NCBI RefSeq assembly: GCF_051654825.1
Contig: NZ_JBOFYU010000035.1
Coordinates: forward strand, 2,081 to 66,080
Reading direction: 5' to 3'
DNA length: 64,000 nucleotides
Source of the DNA: Clostridium sp.
GTDB lineage: Bacteria > Bacillota > Clostridia > Clostridiales > Clostridiaceae
Below, one piece after another: positions 11,114 through 20,242 of the stretch (positions within the stretch are counted from its first letter, which is position 1; each line of letters begins with the position of its first letter). The notes under the pieces were generated by a model that made no database searches, was not told the origin of the DNA, and saw only the letters and a program-made list of their open reading frames with translations. A program made the translations under genes and the position numbers.

Positions 11114-11188
11114 AATAAGGTCATCCCCTCTCTTTAAGTTCTAAGCCTAGCTTAGAAGATTTCAAATATATATCTATTCCTTACTTAT

Positions 11189-11217
11189 ATTATACTATTA
11201 GAAAACGATTAAATCAA
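11189..11217 (-). promoter_or_regulatory. SigA promoter of hpf
   Basis: TTGATT-17 nt-TATAAT. Confidence 0.7.
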
Positions 11218-11229
11218 TATTATTAATTT

Positions 11230-11244
11230 AATTTTCTGAATATT
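11230..11244. promoter_or_regulatory. Putative CodY box upstream of the hpf promoter
   Basis: AATTTTCTGAATATT, one mismatch to AATTTTCWGAAAATT. Confidence 0.55.
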
Positions 11245-11272
11245 ATTTGTAATTTCTTCTATCTTTTTTCTT

Positions 11273-11313
11273 AAAAAGCAAGAAGACTATTAACTTACGT
11301 TAATAGTCTTCTT
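11273..11313 (-). terminator. Intrinsic terminator of the raiA RNA
   Basis: 15-bp perfect stem AAGAAGACTATTAAC/GTTAATAGTCTTCTT, then GCTTTTT on the minus strand. Confidence 0.85.
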
Positions 11314-11315
11314 AT

Positions 11316-11519
11316 AAAGCTAGCTGACCTGGATTTTGACCCCACACTCGCCTACTGGAGCTTTTGCTACCCGGACTTAACCTCTCACTACTCACACTCT
11401 CAACCTAAGTTGGTAGGACTAACATCTATACCGCACCGTGATCATTAGAATCTTTGCCTAACTTACGTGGATCGTTTCGCCTGCGACTGGCATCGACTTT
11501 CATCCACAGACCTAGCTTT
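11316..11519 (-). ncRNA. raiA: raiA motif structured non-coding RNA, about 204 nt
   Basis: GC-enriched island closed by AAAGCTAG/CTAGCTTT; conserved segments GAAAGTCGATGCCAGTCGCAGGC, ATCCACGTAAG, GGCGAGTGTGGGGTCAAA; typical position between comFC and hpf. Confidence 0.9.
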
Positions 11520-11527
11520 ATATAAAT

Positions 11528-11555
11528 ATTATATCTCACTTTTTGCAACTGTCAA
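11528..11555 (-). promoter_or_regulatory. SigA promoter for the raiA RNA, inside the comFC 3' end
   Basis: TTGACA-16 nt-TATAAT ending 8 nt before the RNA's first stem. Confidence 0.75.
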
Positions 11556-12176
11556 TACATTTATTGTACAACCTTCAATCTTTTCTAACATACTTTTACA
11601 CTCTTTAACTGTATATCCAGTTGTAACCACATCATCTATTAATATTATTGATTTTCCTATCAAATATTTTTCATCTTTAACAGAAAATACCCCTTTTACA
11701 TTTTCCGATCGCTCTTCTTTTGATAATGTTTTTTGTTCCTTTGTATCTTTTATTTTAATTATCCCGTTATAACATTTCATATTATATCTTTCTGCTATTA
11801 TTTTACCCATAAATTCACATTGATTAAATCCTCTCTTTTTAAAGGACTTTTTACTTAATGGTACGTACATTACTAAATCTGCTTTAATATTATTTTCATT
11901 TATTAGCTCACATAAATACTCTCCAAGTATGCGTCCTGCTAAAAAGTTTTTTTCATACTTAAAGGATAAAATCAAACTTCTGATAGTTTTTCCGTAAAAT
12001 GCGTATGATTTTATTTCACCATTACATTTAACTCTTTGTATTTTTCCTTTGCATCTATTGCATATTCCTATATTATCTCCCTCTAAGCAAGATATACACT
12101 TATCATCAGGAGGATAAATAATGTCTAATAATTGATTAATAACTAATTTAATTATTTTAATAATCCCTTTTCCCAT
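11529..12176 (-). CDS. comFC: ComF/ComFC family phosphoribosyltransferase-fold protein
   Basis: C..C/C..C zinc ribbon, KRGFNQ, ILIDDVVTTGYT. Confidence 0.9.
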   Translation of the reverse strand: MGKGIIKIIKLVINQLLDIIYPPDDKCISCLEGDNIGICNRCKGKIQRVKCNGEIKSYAFYGKTIRSLILSFKYEKNFLAGRILGEYLCELINENNIKADLVMYVPLSKKSFKKRGFNQCEFMGKIIAERYNMKCYNGIIKIKDTKEQKTLSKEERSENVKGVFSVKDEKYLIGKSIILIDDVVTTGYTVKECKSMLEKIEGCTINVLTVAKSEI

Positions 12177-13165
12177 ACTTTTTTGTTAAAATCTCTAGCC
12201 ATACCTTTTACCTTATCCATATTTTCAGATATGTCTTTTGATACCATCAGTACTTCTCCAGAGACTTTATTTCCTTTTCCAACCTCCGCACACATAAAAA
12301 TCATCTTTTTATAAGAATAAGAAATATCATCTGCAAATAATATTACTATACTCATATCAGTAATGTATTCAATATAGTTTTCCACATAGTTACTCACAAT
12401 AAATAATGATTTATCCTTTATCTTTAATAATCCATCTATATCTTTAGTGCATGAATCCCTATTTAATCTTACTACCTTGGTTCCAGAAATATTTAATTTT
12501 TCTGAATAGTAACTATAAATACTTTTTGATTTTTCTTCTGTTGGTGCTAATATTAATACAGTCTTTTTATTATCTCTAAACCATTTTAAATAATCATAAA
12601 GACTATACGGAATATCCTCATCTAATTTAATTCTAGTTGATATTATTCTTGGCTCTACAAACGGTCTATTGGATTGTAATTCTGAAACTTCTATACGTTC
12701 CCCTAATGTTACAACTTTTTCTATTGAGTATAATATTATCCTTTTGCTATATAAATACATAGCTTCTATAAGCTCTAATAATTCTTCTTTTCCTACATAA
12801 GAAAAACTACTAATATCATCAATTATGCACAAGTCATAATATCCTCTTATATTTATTGCATTTTTAAAGCTAGTAAATATTATTTGTACATCTTCTACTC
12901 CCTTTTCTAAATAAGAATATGTGACATTCTTGTTTGTTAATTTTATGTTGTTTATCAAATTAATATTTGATTTATTTTTTCCCCATATATATAATACTTT
13001 TCCACCATTTCTTAATAGTTCATTTATTATGCTAGAATAAATAATTGAACTATTATATGGAGTGCTTATTATAGTTAACATTTTTGATTTTCTTAAATAC
13101 CATTTATTTATCTTAGTAACACATGTTGCAAATTCTTTATGATTAATTACATTCTCATATCTCAT
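12152..13165 (-). CDS. ComFA-like degenerate SF2 helicase-fold protein
   Basis: Position upstream of comFC; IIDD and PFVEPRI segments; no Walker A motif. Confidence 0.55.
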   Translation of the reverse strand: MRYENVINHKEFATCVTKINKWYLRKSKMLTIISTPYNSSIIYSSIINELLRNGGKVLYIWGKNKSNINLINNIKLTNKNVTYSYLEKGVEDVQIIFTSFKNAINIRGYYDLCIIDDISSFSYVGKEELLELIEAMYLYSKRIILYSIEKVVTLGERIEVSELQSNRPFVEPRIISTRIKLDEDIPYSLYDYLKWFRDNKKTVLILAPTEEKSKSIYSYYSEKLNISGTKVVRLNRDSCTKDIDGLLKIKDKSLFIVSNYVENYIEYITDMSIVILFADDISYSYKKMIFMCAEVGKGNKVSGEVLMVSKDISENMDKVKGMARDFNKKVWEKGLLK

Positions 13166-13180
13166 TAGCCCACTCCTTGT

Positions 13181-15409
13181 TTATTCGCTAAAAATATTAT
13201 TCGATGTAATCTCTAATATTCTATCCTTTAAAGAAGAATATCTATCCATACTTCTAGTATTAGATACCATATATTTTAATGCCTTCGGAATTCCTACAAC
13301 TACCACTAACTCTTTTGCTCTAGTTATTCCTGTGTATAACAAATTTTTATTCATTAAAAATGGTGAACCCATAAATGCAGGCATAATTATTACTTTAAAT
13401 TCACTTCCTTGGCTTTTATGAATAGTTATTGCATAGGCTAATTCTAATTCATCTAAATATATATAATCATAAACAACCTTTCTTTCATCATCAAAGATTA
13501 CTGTAAAGTTTTTTTCTGATTCATTTATACTTTCTATAAAGCCCATATCTCCATTAAATACACCTACACCTTCATTTTCTCCATTTCCCTTAATCCTTAA
13601 CCACTTTAGCGAATAATTATTTTTAGTTTGCATAACCTTATCGCCTTCTCTAAAAATCATTTCCTTTAACTTCTTTTCTTTTTTAGTAGGAGATTCAGGG
13701 TTTAATATTTCTTGTAACCTATTATTTAAATTTTGTACTCCTAGATCACCTTTTCTAGTTGGAGTTAAAATTTGAATATCCTTTAGTTTATCCCATTTGC
13801 TATTAAATTTAGGAAGCCTTCTATTAATTAAATCTACTACAGTGTATATTATAGAATCATATTCTTCCTTTACCTCAAAGAAAAAATCACCTTGCTTTTT
13901 ATTTAATTCAGGCATTTCCCCATTATTTATCTTATGCGCATTTGTTACAATCATACTCTCTTTTCCTTGCCTAAAAATATCCTTAAGCCTAACCACTTTA
14001 ATAAAATTACTTTCTATTAAATCCTTAAGAACATTACCTGCTCCAACCGATGGAAGCTGATCAACATCTCCAACAATTATAACCCTAGTTCCAAGCTTTA
14101 TTGCTTTTAAAAGGTTTTGCATAAGCATTATATCTATCATAGATGCTTCATCAATTATAACTACATCTCCTTCTAATGGTGATGACTCTCCCTTACCAAA
14201 AAATGAGTTTTCTTCTTCACTTACACCCATTTCTAATAATCTATGTATAGTTTTAGCTTCTCTTCCTGTGGATTCAGTCATTCTTTTAGCTGCTCTTCCT
14301 GTAGGTGCTGCTAAAAGCACTTTCATTCCATTATTTTCATATATTTCTATTATGGCTTTTATTATAGTTGTCTTTCCTGTCCCTGGACCACCGGTGATTA
14401 TCTCTATTCCACTTTCAAAAGCACCTAAAATAGCTTCTCTTTGAGATGGCGCAAAATTTATTTTGTTTTTTTGTTCAAAAGCACCTATTTCAAATTCAAC
14501 ATCAGAATTTATAGTTCTAAAGTTTTCTATACTTAATGTAACTATCTTATTTGTCACACCTAACTCGCAGTAATAGTATGGTAATAAAAATACACCTTCT
14601 ATTTCTCCTATCTTTTCAATTTTAATTTTTCCTTCTAACGCAGAATTATATATATTTTCCTCAACTAATTTAGCGCTTACCATTAAAACATCCGAAACTT
14701 CCACTATTAATTTTTCCTTAGGCATAAAGGTATTTCCTGATGATGAAAACTGATTTAATACATATCTTATTCCACTTTGAACTCTAAATTGAGAAGTATT
14801 TTCTATTCCTAAACTCTTTGCTATCCTATCTGCTGTTATAAATCCAATTCCTGATATATCATCACACAAAACATAAGGATTATCTTCAACTACTTTTCTA
14901 GCTTGAGCTCCATATTTTTTATATATTTTTATACACTGATTGGTTGTCATACCATGACCTTGAAAATATATCATTATATCTTTCAAATCTTTTTGCTCTA
15001 TATATGATTCATATATTATAGCAAACTTCTTTTCTCCGATGCCCTCTATCTCTTGAAGTTTTTCTATATTGTTATCTAATATGTCTAATGTATTTTCCCC
15101 AAACTTTTCAACTATCTTTTTAGCTGTAACAGGTCCTATTCCATGAATTATACCTGTACTTAAATACTTCTCTATTCCCTCTATAGAATTAGGAAGAACT
15201 TCTTCATATTCTTCTATATTGAATTGACGTCCAAACTGTTTATGAAGAACCCATTGGCCCTTTAGCTTTACATGTTGCCCTTCTTTCAAAAACGGCACTA
15301 CTCCCACTGCATTTATAACTTCTTTATTAACTATAATTTTAGATACTACATATCCTGTGTCATCACTTTTAAATACAATAGATTCTACTATCCCATTTAT
15401 AGTTTCCAT
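13181..15409 (-). CDS. recD2: ATP-dependent RecD2 helicase
   Basis: HhH repeats, ITGGPGTGKTT, IIDEASM, YAITIHKSQGSEF, LYTGITRAK. Confidence 0.95.
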   Translation of the reverse strand: METINGIVESIVFKSDDTGYVVSKIIVNKEVINAVGVVPFLKEGQHVKLKGQWVLHKQFGRQFNIEEYEEVLPNSIEGIEKYLSTGIIHGIGPVTAKKIVEKFGENTLDILDNNIEKLQEIEGIGEKKFAIIYESYIEQKDLKDIMIYFQGHGMTTNQCIKIYKKYGAQARKVVEDNPYVLCDDISGIGFITADRIAKSLGIENTSQFRVQSGIRYVLNQFSSSGNTFMPKEKLIVEVSDVLMVSAKLVEENIYNSALEGKIKIEKIGEIEGVFLLPYYYCELGVTNKIVTLSIENFRTINSDVEFEIGAFEQKNKINFAPSQREAILGAFESGIEIITGGPGTGKTTIIKAIIEIYENNGMKVLLAAPTGRAAKRMTESTGREAKTIHRLLEMGVSEEENSFFGKGESSPLEGDVVIIDEASMIDIMLMQNLLKAIKLGTRVIIVGDVDQLPSVGAGNVLKDLIESNFIKVVRLKDIFRQGKESMIVTNAHKINNGEMPELNKKQGDFFFEVKEEYDSIIYTVVDLINRRLPKFNSKWDKLKDIQILTPTRKGDLGVQNLNNRLQEILNPESPTKKEKKLKEMIFREGDKVMQTKNNYSLKWLRIKGNGENEGVGVFNGDMGFIESINESEKNFTVIFDDERKVVYDYIYLDELELAYAITIHKSQGSEFKVIIMPAFMGSPFLMNKNLLYTGITRAKELVVVVGIPKALKYMVSNTRSMDRYSSLKDRILEITSNNIFSE

Positions 15410-15539
15410 ATTATCTCTCCAAATCTTCTAATAATATTTTAATCTTACGAGTTTTATTATATAATTATAGCATAATATAAATTTTAAAAATTATCTTAAA
15501 ATAAAACTAAATTAGAAAATAAAATGGAGGACTAAATTT

Positions 15540-16676
15540 ATGTTAATTAAAAACTGTAATATTATATTCCTTGATAAAATTGAAAACGGTTCTGTTTTAG
15601 TAGAAAACGGTAAGATAAAAGAAATTAATCCTACTGAAACATCTTCAGATTGTATTATAGACGGTGAAGGTCTTTACCTTTCTCCAGGATTTATAGATGT
15701 TCATATACATGGTGCTGGTGGACATGACACAATGGATGGAACTGTTGAAGCTATTAATGAAATATCTAAAGCTATAGTTAAACATGGAACTACATCATTT
15801 ACACCAACTACAATGACAGTTTCAAAGGAAGCTATTAGAAAATCCATGGAAGCCATCAAAACTTGTAAAGAAAATGGTACTGATGGTGCAAACGTTCTTG
15901 GTGCTCACTTAGAAGGACCTTTTATCAGTCCTAGTGCTATTGGAGCTCAAAACCCAAATTATTTAATTCCACCAACTGTAGAAAACTACAACGAAATGGT
16001 TGGAGATGCTGAAGATGCTGTTGTTTCTATAACAGTTGCTCCTGAAGTACCTGGTGCAAAAGAATTAATATCATACCTTTCTAATAAAGGAGTTGTATGT
16101 TCAATGGGACATACTAAAGCTACTTATGAAGAAGCTATGGATGGTATTAAATGTGGATGTTCACATTCAACTCACTTATTTAATGCAATGACTCCATTTG
16201 CTCATAGAGAAGCTGGTGTTGTAGGAGCAATTTTTGATAGTGAAATAACTACTGAAACTATTTCTGATGGTATACATATATCATACCCATCATTAAGAAT
16301 AGCTTATAATCAAAAAACTACTGATAAAGTGTTATTAGTAACAGATGCTATGATGGCTTGTGGAATGCCTGATGGTATGTATTCATTAGGTGGGCAAGAT
16401 GTTGTTGTATCTGAAGGTGCTGCTAGATTAACTACTGGTAGCTTAGCTGGTTCAGTATTAACTTTAGATAAGGCAATCAGAAACGTCTTCAAAAATGTAG
16501 GATACCCATTACATGAAGTTGTTAAAATGGCTACATTCAACGGAGCTAGACACTGTAAGGTTGAAGATAGAAAAGGCCTTATTAAAGAAGGATATGATGC
16601 TGATTTAGTATTATTCGATGAAGACATTAATGTTAAAAAAGTAATTGTTAACGGTAAATTAGTTCACAATGCTTAA
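15540..16676 (+). CDS. nagA: N-acetylglucosamine-6-phosphate deacetylase
   Basis: PGFIDVHIHG, HLEGPF, THLFNAM, VTDAM, LAGS. Confidence 0.97.
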   Translation: MLIKNCNIIFLDKIENGSVLVENGKIKEINPTETSSDCIIDGEGLYLSPGFIDVHIHGAGGHDTMDGTVEAINEISKAIVKHGTTSFTPTTMTVSKEAIRKSMEAIKTCKENGTDGANVLGAHLEGPFISPSAIGAQNPNYLIPPTVENYNEMVGDAEDAVVSITVAPEVPGAKELISYLSNKGVVCSMGHTKATYEEAMDGIKCGCSHSTHLFNAMTPFAHREAGVVGAIFDSEITTETISDGIHISYPSLRIAYNQKTTDKVLLVTDAMMACGMPDGMYSLGGQDVVVSEGAARLTTGSLAGSVLTLDKAIRNVFKNVGYPLHEVVKMATFNGARHCKVEDRKGLIKEGYDADLVLFDEDINVKKVIVNGKLVHNA

Positions 16677-16687
16677 TATTTAAAAAT

Positions 16688-16720
16688 TAAAAGAGGCTAG
16701 CCTAATGCTAACCTCTTTAT
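16688..16720. terminator. Terminator between nagA and metK
   Basis: AAAGAGG.TAGC/GCTA.CCTCTTT hairpin between convergent genes. Confidence 0.7.
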
Positions 16721-16725
16721 TTTAA

Positions 16726-17901
16726 TTAAAGATACTTCTTAATTTCTTCTACTTTATTTAATTGTTCCCAAGGTAGATTTAAGTCATTTCTTCCAAAGTG
16801 ACCATATGCAGCTGTTTGCTTGTATATTGGTCTTCTTAATTCTAAATCTCTTATTATAGCTCCCGGTCTTAAGTCGAAAGCTTTTTCAACTACTGATACT
16901 ATTTCTTCTTCTGTAATTTTACCAGTACCAAAAGTTTCTACTTCTATTGATACAGGCTTAGCAACACCTATAGCATAAGCTAGTTGTATTTCTAACTTAT
17001 CTGCAACTCCTGCTGCTACTAAGTTTTTAGCTACCCATCTAGCTGCATATGCTGCTGATCTATCTACTTTTGTTGGATCTTTTCCTGAGAAAGCACCACC
17101 ACCGTGTCTTCCATATCCACCATAAGTATCAACTATTATCTTTCTTCCTGTTAATCCTGAATCTCCTTGTGGTCCCCCCACAACAAATCTTCCTGTTGGA
17201 TTTATATAATACTTTGTTTGCTCATCTAATAATTCTGCTGGAACTACAGCCTTTATTACATGTTCCATTAAGTCTTCTCTTATTTGTTCTTGAGTAACTT
17301 CTTCACCATGTTGAGTTGATATTACTATAGCATCTATTCTAATTGCTTTATTATCTTCATATTCAACTGTAACTTGTGTTTTTCCATCTGGTCTTAAATA
17401 TGGTAAAGTTCCATTTTTTCTAACTTCTGATAATCTTCTTGATAATCTATGAGCCATAGCTATTGGTAATGGCATAAATTCTTCTGTTTCATTAGTTGCA
17501 AAACCAAACATCATCCCTTGGTCCCCTGCCCCTACAGCTTCAACATCATCTTTTTGACCTTCTCTTGATTCTAAAGCTTCATCAACACCCATAGCAATAT
17601 CTGATGATTGTTCATCTATTGATGTTAATACTGAACATGTGTCACAGTCAAATCCAAACTTTGCTCTATCATATCCAATGTTCTTTATTGTTTCTCTTAC
17701 AACCTTTGGAATATCTACGTAACAGTTTGTTGATATTTCCCCCATTACTAATACCATTCCTGTTGTAACTGCTGTTTCACAAGCTACTCTTGCATTTGAA
17801 TCCTTTGCTAAAATACTGTCTAAAACTGCATCTGAAATTTGGTCACAAATTTTATCTGGATGCCCTTCTGTAACTGATTCTGATGTAAATAATCTTCTCA
17901 T
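16726..17901 (-). CDS. metK: S-adenosylmethionine synthetase
   Basis: [28 protein letters not shown]. Confidence 0.98.
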   Translation of the reverse strand: MRRLFTSESVTEGHPDKICDQISDAVLDSILAKDSNARVACETAVTTGMVLVMGEISTNCYVDIPKVVRETIKNIGYDRAKFGFDCDTCSVLTSIDEQSSDIAMGVDEALESREGQKDDVEAVGAGDQGMMFGFATNETEEFMPLPIAMAHRLSRRLSEVRKNGTLPYLRPDGKTQVTVEYEDNKAIRIDAIVISTQHGEEVTQEQIREDLMEHVIKAVVPAELLDEQTKYYINPTGRFVVGGPQGDSGLTGRKIIVDTYGGYGRHGGGAFSGKDPTKVDRSAAYAARWVAKNLVAAGVADKLEIQLAYAIGVAKPVSIEVETFGTGKITEEEIVSVVEKAFDLRPGAIIRDLELRRPIYKQTAAYGHFGRNDLNLPWEQLNKVEEIKKYL

Positions 17902-17976
17902 ACTATATAATCTCCTTTCAATTTATTTGATATTAATTCTATATTAATTTTTTTATTTTTCTAACTATTATGTAAA

Positions 17977-18007
17977 TAAAAAAGGTCTCTTCGATAAGAA
18001 GAGACCT
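17977..18007 (-). terminator. Attenuator terminator of the SAM-I riboswitch
   Basis: AGGTCTCTTC/GAAGAGACCT stem followed by a T-run on the minus strand. Confidence 0.8.
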
Positions 18008-18023
18008 ACTATAAGTCATACTT

Positions 18024-18126
18024 TTCTTATCTTGCAAATATAATTTGCTGGAATTGGCACCTTTGTGATATTCACAGGTTGCCGGGTTTCATAGGGCCCT
18101 TTCCCTCCACCTCTCTGGATAAGAAC
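18024..18126 (-). ncRNA. SAM-I (S-box) riboswitch
   Basis: TCTTATCCAGAGAGGTGGAGGGAAAGGGCCCTATGAAACCCGGCAACC...GGTGCCAATTCC...GATAAGA upstream of metK. Confidence 0.97.
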
Positions 18127-18149
18127 TAATATCAAATTTTACGTTTTGA

Positions 18150-18178
18150 ATTATATCATCTTTTAAATATATGGTCAA
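18150..18178 (-). promoter_or_regulatory. SigA promoter of metK
   Basis: TTGACC-17 nt-TATAAT. Confidence 0.8.
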
Positions 18179-18326
18179 GTATATTTTTATACTTTATATT
18201 AATAAATAATCATTTTTAATTATAATCTTCACCTTTAATGATTTATATTTTTCATCTAAAATTGCTTCTAATATTATATAATTACAATTTTTTACAAATT
18301 ATTAAACTCAAAAAATTTTATAAAAC

Positions 18327-18354
18327 AAAAAAGCAAGATATTATCTTGCTTTTT
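18327..18354 (-). terminator. Terminator of the tRNA operon
   Basis: AAAAAAGCAAGATA/TATCTTGCTTTTT inverted repeat just after the last tRNA. Confidence 0.8.
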
Positions 18355-18356
18355 AA

Positions 18357-18441
18357 TGGTGGGGGAGGACGGATTCGAACCATCGAAACGAAACGTAACA
18401 GATTTACAGTCTGCCCCCTTTGGCCACTCGGGAACTCCCCC
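18357..18441 (-). tRNA. tRNA-Tyr(GTA)
   Basis: Cloverleaf, CTGTAAA anticodon loop, long variable arm, encoded CCA. Confidence 0.97.
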
Positions 18442-18446
18442 ATTAT

Positions 18447-18521
18447 TGGAGCTGGCAATAGGAATCGAACCTACAACCTGCTGATTACAAGTCAGCTGCT
18501 CTACCGTTGAGCCATGCCAGC
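18447..18521 (-). tRNA. tRNA-Thr(TGT)
   Basis: Cloverleaf, CTTGTAA anticodon loop, encoded CCA. Confidence 0.97.
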
Positions 18522-18547
18522 ATATTATTTGCTTTTAATTATTTAAG

Positions 18548-18623
18548 TGGTGGGCACAACAGGGATCGAACCTGTGACCCTCTGCTTGTAAGGCAGATGC
18601 TCTCCCAGCTGAGCTATGCGCCC
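18548..18623 (-). tRNA. tRNA-Val(TAC)
   Basis: Cloverleaf, CTTACAA anticodon loop, encoded CCA. Confidence 0.97.
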
Positions 18624-18637
18624 TTAAATTTATAAAA

Positions 18638-18722
18638 TGGTGGGGGAGGACGGATTCGAACCATCGAAACGAAACGTAACAGATTTACAGTCTGCCCCCT
18701 TTGGCCACTCGGGAACTCCCCC
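18638..18722 (-). tRNA. tRNA-Tyr(GTA)
   Basis: Same sequence as 18357-18441. Confidence 0.97.
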
Positions 18723-18731
18723 ATTTTATAT

Positions 18732-18806
18732 TGGAGCTGGCAATAGGAATCGAACCTACAACCTGCTGATTACAAGTCAGCTGCTCTACCGTTGAGCCAT
18801 GCCAGC
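18732..18806 (-). tRNA. tRNA-Thr(TGT)
   Basis: Same sequence as 18447-18521. Confidence 0.97.
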
Positions 18807-18823
18807 ATATTCTTAAGTTTTAA

Positions 18824-18908
18824 TGGTGGGGGAGGACGGATTCGAACCATCGAAACGAAACGTAACAGATTTACAGTCTGCCCCCTTTGGCCACTCGGGA
18901 ACTCCCCC
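18824..18908 (-). tRNA. tRNA-Tyr(GTA)
   Basis: Third copy of the same sequence. Confidence 0.97.
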
Positions 18909-18974
18909 ATTTAAACTTAATTAACTTTTAATTTACCAACCGAAACTTATGTATCTGTCCGGCTGACAATGATT

Positions 18975-19003
18975 AGTATATATTTATACCAACTTTTTTT
19001 CAA
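18975..19003 (-). promoter_or_regulatory. SigA promoter of the tRNA operon
   Basis: TTGAAA-17 nt-TATACT. Confidence 0.75.
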
Positions 19004-19090
19004 CTTCCAAATTCACTCATTTAGATAAATTACTTTTTATATTCTTTTATTTTCTCTTTTTTTCTAACTATTATTAAGCAATATGTTTTT

Positions 19091-19528
19091 TTAAACTTCT
19101 TCATTTAACAATGAAAAATCTATATATCTATCTAGTATTTTCTCGAAATTCTCATAATCACTATCACTTAATCTAGTTTTTACAGTTCTAATAACGAATT
19201 CTGTATGTGTTAATACATCATTTTTTTCTAAACTCTCATCTATTTTCATTATATCTATTGCAGAAAGCTTTTTTATTATTGATTTTAACTCTTCTATTTC
19301 TTCTTTAGTCATGGATTTATTTATTTCCTCTGGATTAACTTTAAAGAAGTTTACACTACTAATTACATCAACACTACTATCATCCACATCTATACTATAT
19401 TCTTCTGCATAATCTCCCACTTCTTCTAACACTTCTAAATCATCATTAGGCTCCCAAAAAAACATTGCATATATAGGTAAACTTGCTCCAAAAATAAATC
19501 CTAATATAGTAACTAATATTCTTTTCAT
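19091..19528 (-). CDS. Hypothetical acidic protein with an N-terminal signal/TM segment
   Basis: GGAGTG SD; hydrophobic N-terminus; D/E-rich body. Confidence 0.7.
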   Translation of the reverse strand: MKRILVTILGFIFGASLPIYAMFFWEPNDDLEVLEEVGDYAEEYSIDVDDSSVDVISSVNFFKVNPEEINKSMTKEEIEELKSIIKKLSAIDIMKIDESLEKNDVLTHTEFVIRTVKTRLSDSDYENFEKILDRYIDFSLLNEEV

Positions 19529-19647
19529 TTTTATTCACTCCTTAGGTCTAAAATAATTCCCTAAAATTTTTTTTTTATACATAAATAATATTTTTATTAT
19601 ATTTATTTATTTTTAATCATATATATCTATACTAGGAGGTGAATTGC

Positions 19648-20181
19648 TTGGAGAAATTGAAAACTTATTATAAATCTTCACTTGCGTACTATGAAATAGC
19701 TAATTTTATGAAAGACTACTTAAATAGTAGTACTGTTATAGTTTGTATTGGAACAGATAAATGTATTGGAGATTGTTTAGGTCCATTAGTTGGAACATAC
19801 TTAAAAGAAAAACATTTCCCACTTCCCGTTTATGGAACTATTCAAGAACCCATTCATGCTTTAAATATAGAAAAAAAACTTGAAGAAATTAAAAATTCAC
19901 ATCCTAGTGCATCTATTATAGGTATAGATGCATGCCTTGGAGATCAAAAAGCTATAGGTGAAATTCATTCTAGAAACTATCCTATACATCCTGGAAAAGG
20001 AGTTGGTAAAACCCTTCCTGATGTTGGACTTGCTTCTATTATAGGAATAATAGATTCTAGTAATAACTCTGAACTCTTCACATCTAGGAGTATACGACTT
20101 GATTTAGTTATGCAAATGGCAAAAGTAATCACTGATAGTTTAATTCATACTTATTATTTGTATAGTTTAAATAATACTTAA
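19648..20181 (+). CDS. yyaC: Spore protease YyaC family
   Basis: CIGTDKCIGDCLGPLVGT, IDACLG, PGKGVGK.LP.VG; TTG start after AGGAGG. Confidence 0.88.
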   Translation: MEKLKTYYKSSLAYYEIANFMKDYLNSSTVIVCIGTDKCIGDCLGPLVGTYLKEKHFPLPVYGTIQEPIHALNIEKKLEEIKNSHPSASIIGIDACLGDQKAIGEIHSRNYPIHPGKGVGKTLPDVGLASIIGIIDSSNNSELFTSRSIRLDLVMQMAKVITDSLIHTYYLYSLNNT

Positions 20182-20242
20182 ATTTAACAACAAAAAGGTA
20201 TAGACTATAATAGCCTATACCTTTTATCTATTTAATATAATA

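Noticed and set aside
11467-11772. 101-aa plus-strand ORF
   Set aside because: Antisense to comFC and the raiA RNA, with no SD or recognisable motifs
18238-18510. 90-aa plus-strand ORF
   Set aside because: It is the antisense reading of tRNA-Tyr and tRNA-Thr
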